Source of the DNA: Savitreella phatthalungensis
Lineage: Eukaryota
Direction: 5' to 3'
Length of the DNA: 64,000 bases
NCBI GenBank assembly: GCA_051599415.1
Contig: AP039695.1
Location: 124,001 to 188,000, forward strand
In this document: positions 63,001 to 64,000 of the stretch, piece by piece
Layout: each line of letters begins with the position of its first letter
How positions within the stretch are numbered: position 1 is the stretch's first letter
Notes under the pieces: model-generated
Database searches by the model: none
What the model was told of the DNA's origin: nothing
Seen by the model: the letters and a program-made list of their open reading frames with translations, nothing else
Program-made: the position numbers and the translations under genes

Positions 63001-63268
63001 AGGCGAACTGTCCCTGTGCGCAGCCCTCGCTGCAGGACACCTTGTCAAGTCTCACATGATCCTGAACCGATCTCAGGCAAGCACGCCAGCAATCCCATCC
63101 ACCCCAGCACTCAACGGCCACTCCGCACCCACCTCGAAGGGCTCCATCCCGAACGGAAACGGTGCCATCGCACCAGACTTCCTCACCATGACAGCCAGGC
63201 CGACCGTCGACAAAACTGCCAAAACCGCACCGAGCTCACCGATCCTAGGATCCTGCATCAAGTCGTGA
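60035..63268 (+). CDS. hmg1: HMG-CoA reductase (class I) with sterol-sensing domain
   Basis: N-terminal HPIH-like motif (FPIH), SSD (LSEGLPFLVVTIGFEKP), and catalytic motifs CCENVIG, PMATTEGCLVAS, TTGDAMGMNM, SGNYCTDKK, TGQDPAQ and EVGTIGGGT. Confidence 0.97.
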   Translation: MLKTISGAVSQFPIHTLVLVSILSSLCYFHLLEVVRSGQLDTTSHYSGETRARQLQHLIGGLVRSDTRGWTWQNLADANTDYTLAQVVYPSANKLAPAQIQTAFADVCHKLKGEAACRTFILPSSATQSTLQMVLKRISAGDAIARLQSVRHDDLHFDRVLPSPASLRPDMIWIVQSFSDIYQKTRELIAQASNIDIAIIGFGYLAMYSVFISVFINMRTLGSSFWLASSVILSSIFAFIFALVTVNALGRPINPILLSEGLPFLVVTIGFEKPFLLTKAVLSASPATSSRPIRDDVLAGIHSKGFSILRDYALEIGVLVAGAMSGVNGLRQFCFLAAFILAYDCLLLFTFYTAILSIKLEILRIKRHQSIRRALEEEGMSYKSAERVALANDPRGPGDKISSSFKADMGMFSLFGGKKVRDSTVKRFKLAMVTAFVLLNVLNISPLALDNFVSARSSLDASINSQSPLHFAVLLNALEATGFTGSVAVLAPVKLTSTSLTSSALVHFLENWTKTVGDPILSKWIVIILAMSIFFNAYLFNAARVGLVTQTTQPQTPTVVEKEVVKYVDRFPGLHPRHTADIPPSRPITECEELHKAGKTRELTDEELSLLVIRGKIPPYALEKLLGNLERAVRVRRAFVSRTSTTKTLEKSELPLENFDYQRVMGACCENVIGYLPLPIGVAGPLLIDGKSVFLPMATTEGCLVASTQRGCKAMNAGGGVSTVLTGDGMTRGPCVAFPGVKRAGAAKIWLDSPDGQKRIKAAFDSTSRFARLQSTKTALAGPNLFIRFRTTTGDAMGMNMISKGVEHALKYMSEEAGFADMQIISLSGNYCTDKKPAAINWIEGRGKSVVAEAVVPGDIVKSVLKSSVDAMVDLNIRKNLIGSAMAGSIGGFNAHAANILTAVFLATGQDPAQNVESSQCMTLMSNVGGDLHISVSMPCIEVGTIGGGTILGPQAAMLDLLGVKGPHPDRPGDNAKQLARIIASACLAGELSLCAALAAGHLVKSHMILNRSQASTPAIPSTPALNGHSAPTSKGSIPNGNGAIAPDFLTMTARPTVDKTAKTAPSSPILGSCIKS

Positions 63269-63479
63269 CCCACAATCCTAATCTCCCGCATCACAACACC
63301 TAATCGCATATAACCCTTTTTTTAACCTTACTTATTCATATCTAATCCTCTTATCGAGCACGCGCGTCTCGTCAAGGTGAGCCCAGGTATGCATCACATG
63401 CGAGTTTTTGATCATTAAAAAAAGAGGGTGTACGTGCGTACGTATACGTGAATTGGCGTGTGCGTGTGTAGTTGTTGGG

Positions 63480-64000
63480 CTAGCGCCAGACGGAAGACGT
63501 CCTGCCTACCGCTGTTGGTTGCGGTGGTGGTGGTGGTGCTGTGGTGACGACCCCTGACGTACTCGCTGACCTAGTATGGGCACCGCCGCCGAGCGACTGT
63601 CTCACAGCTGCTCCCAACCCACCACCCAGGCTAGAGGCCCTCACGCCGTCCTCACCACCTCGCGACCGCGGTCGCTCCAAACCCCCACCATTCTCCTTAC
63701 CGTGCGTAGACCGCTTCACGTCGTAGGGCGAGTGATCGACAGAGGCGATATTCGCGAGCGCCAGTGCAGACAGCCCGCCTCTAGACGCCGCCGTGTCCCG
63801 CATGAAGCTAGAGTTTGACCGAACCAAGCTCCCATCGACAGCCACAGCGCCGCTAGAAGACGGTCGGCGCAACGGCAGGTCTTTAAGAGGTCGGCCTGCC
63901 AACCCACCGCCGCCGCCGGACGCGCTGGTGTCTGGAGATACGGCACCCACAGCTACGCGAGACCGCTTGTACTGGGCAGGTGGCGAGTTCGGGGTCGAGT
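63480..64000 (-). CDS. C-terminal low-complexity part of an unidentified protein (5'-truncated by window end)
   Basis: Frame stays open to the window end (STPNSPPAQYKRSRVAVGAVSP...), S/G/R-rich, with stop at 63480. Confidence 0.55.
   Translation of the reverse strand, partial: STPNSPPAQYKRSRVAVGAVSPDTSASGGGGGLAGRPLKDLPLRRPSSSGAVAVDGSLVRSNSSFMRDTAASRGGLSALALANIASVDHSPYDVKRSTHGKENGGGLERPRSRGGEDGVRASSLGGGLGAAVRQSLGGGAHTRSASTSGVVTTAPPPPPQPTAVGRTSSVWR

Overview
Eukaryotic (fungal) chromosomal DNA with compact, uninterrupted ORFs; the gene set and intron paucity suggest an intron-poor ascomycete, possibly Taphrinomycotina (inference). About 20 genes, mostly housekeeping: Spc105/Spc7 kinetochore protein (5'-partial), a Ypp1/TTC7-like TPR protein, Hos2-type HDAC, tricalbin, a Cid-family nucleotidyltransferase, Spa2, kynureninase, a Cys/Met PLP enzyme, IQGAP, Atl1, a GT71 mannosyltransferase, a PILS-like transporter, Rpl34, CK2 beta and HMG-CoA reductase. 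Accessory content: a tandemly duplicated secreted Thr-rich protein gene (second copy frameshifted) and a 1.93-kb pogo/Fot1-like transposon with TIRs whose catalytic motifs carry CpG-type transitions. The stand-out is a ~5-kb minus-strand locus (~15150-20050). An orphan 438-aa ORF is flanked upstream by a ~1.3-kb densely base-paired domain with splice-signal-like ends joined by a long-range stem and an alternative fold. Downstream is a ~1.07-kb densely base-paired domain containing two homologous copies of an unrecognised RNA motif. Seven TAGCCGA sites cluster further upstream. All structures were found by eye and need computational and experimental confirmation.
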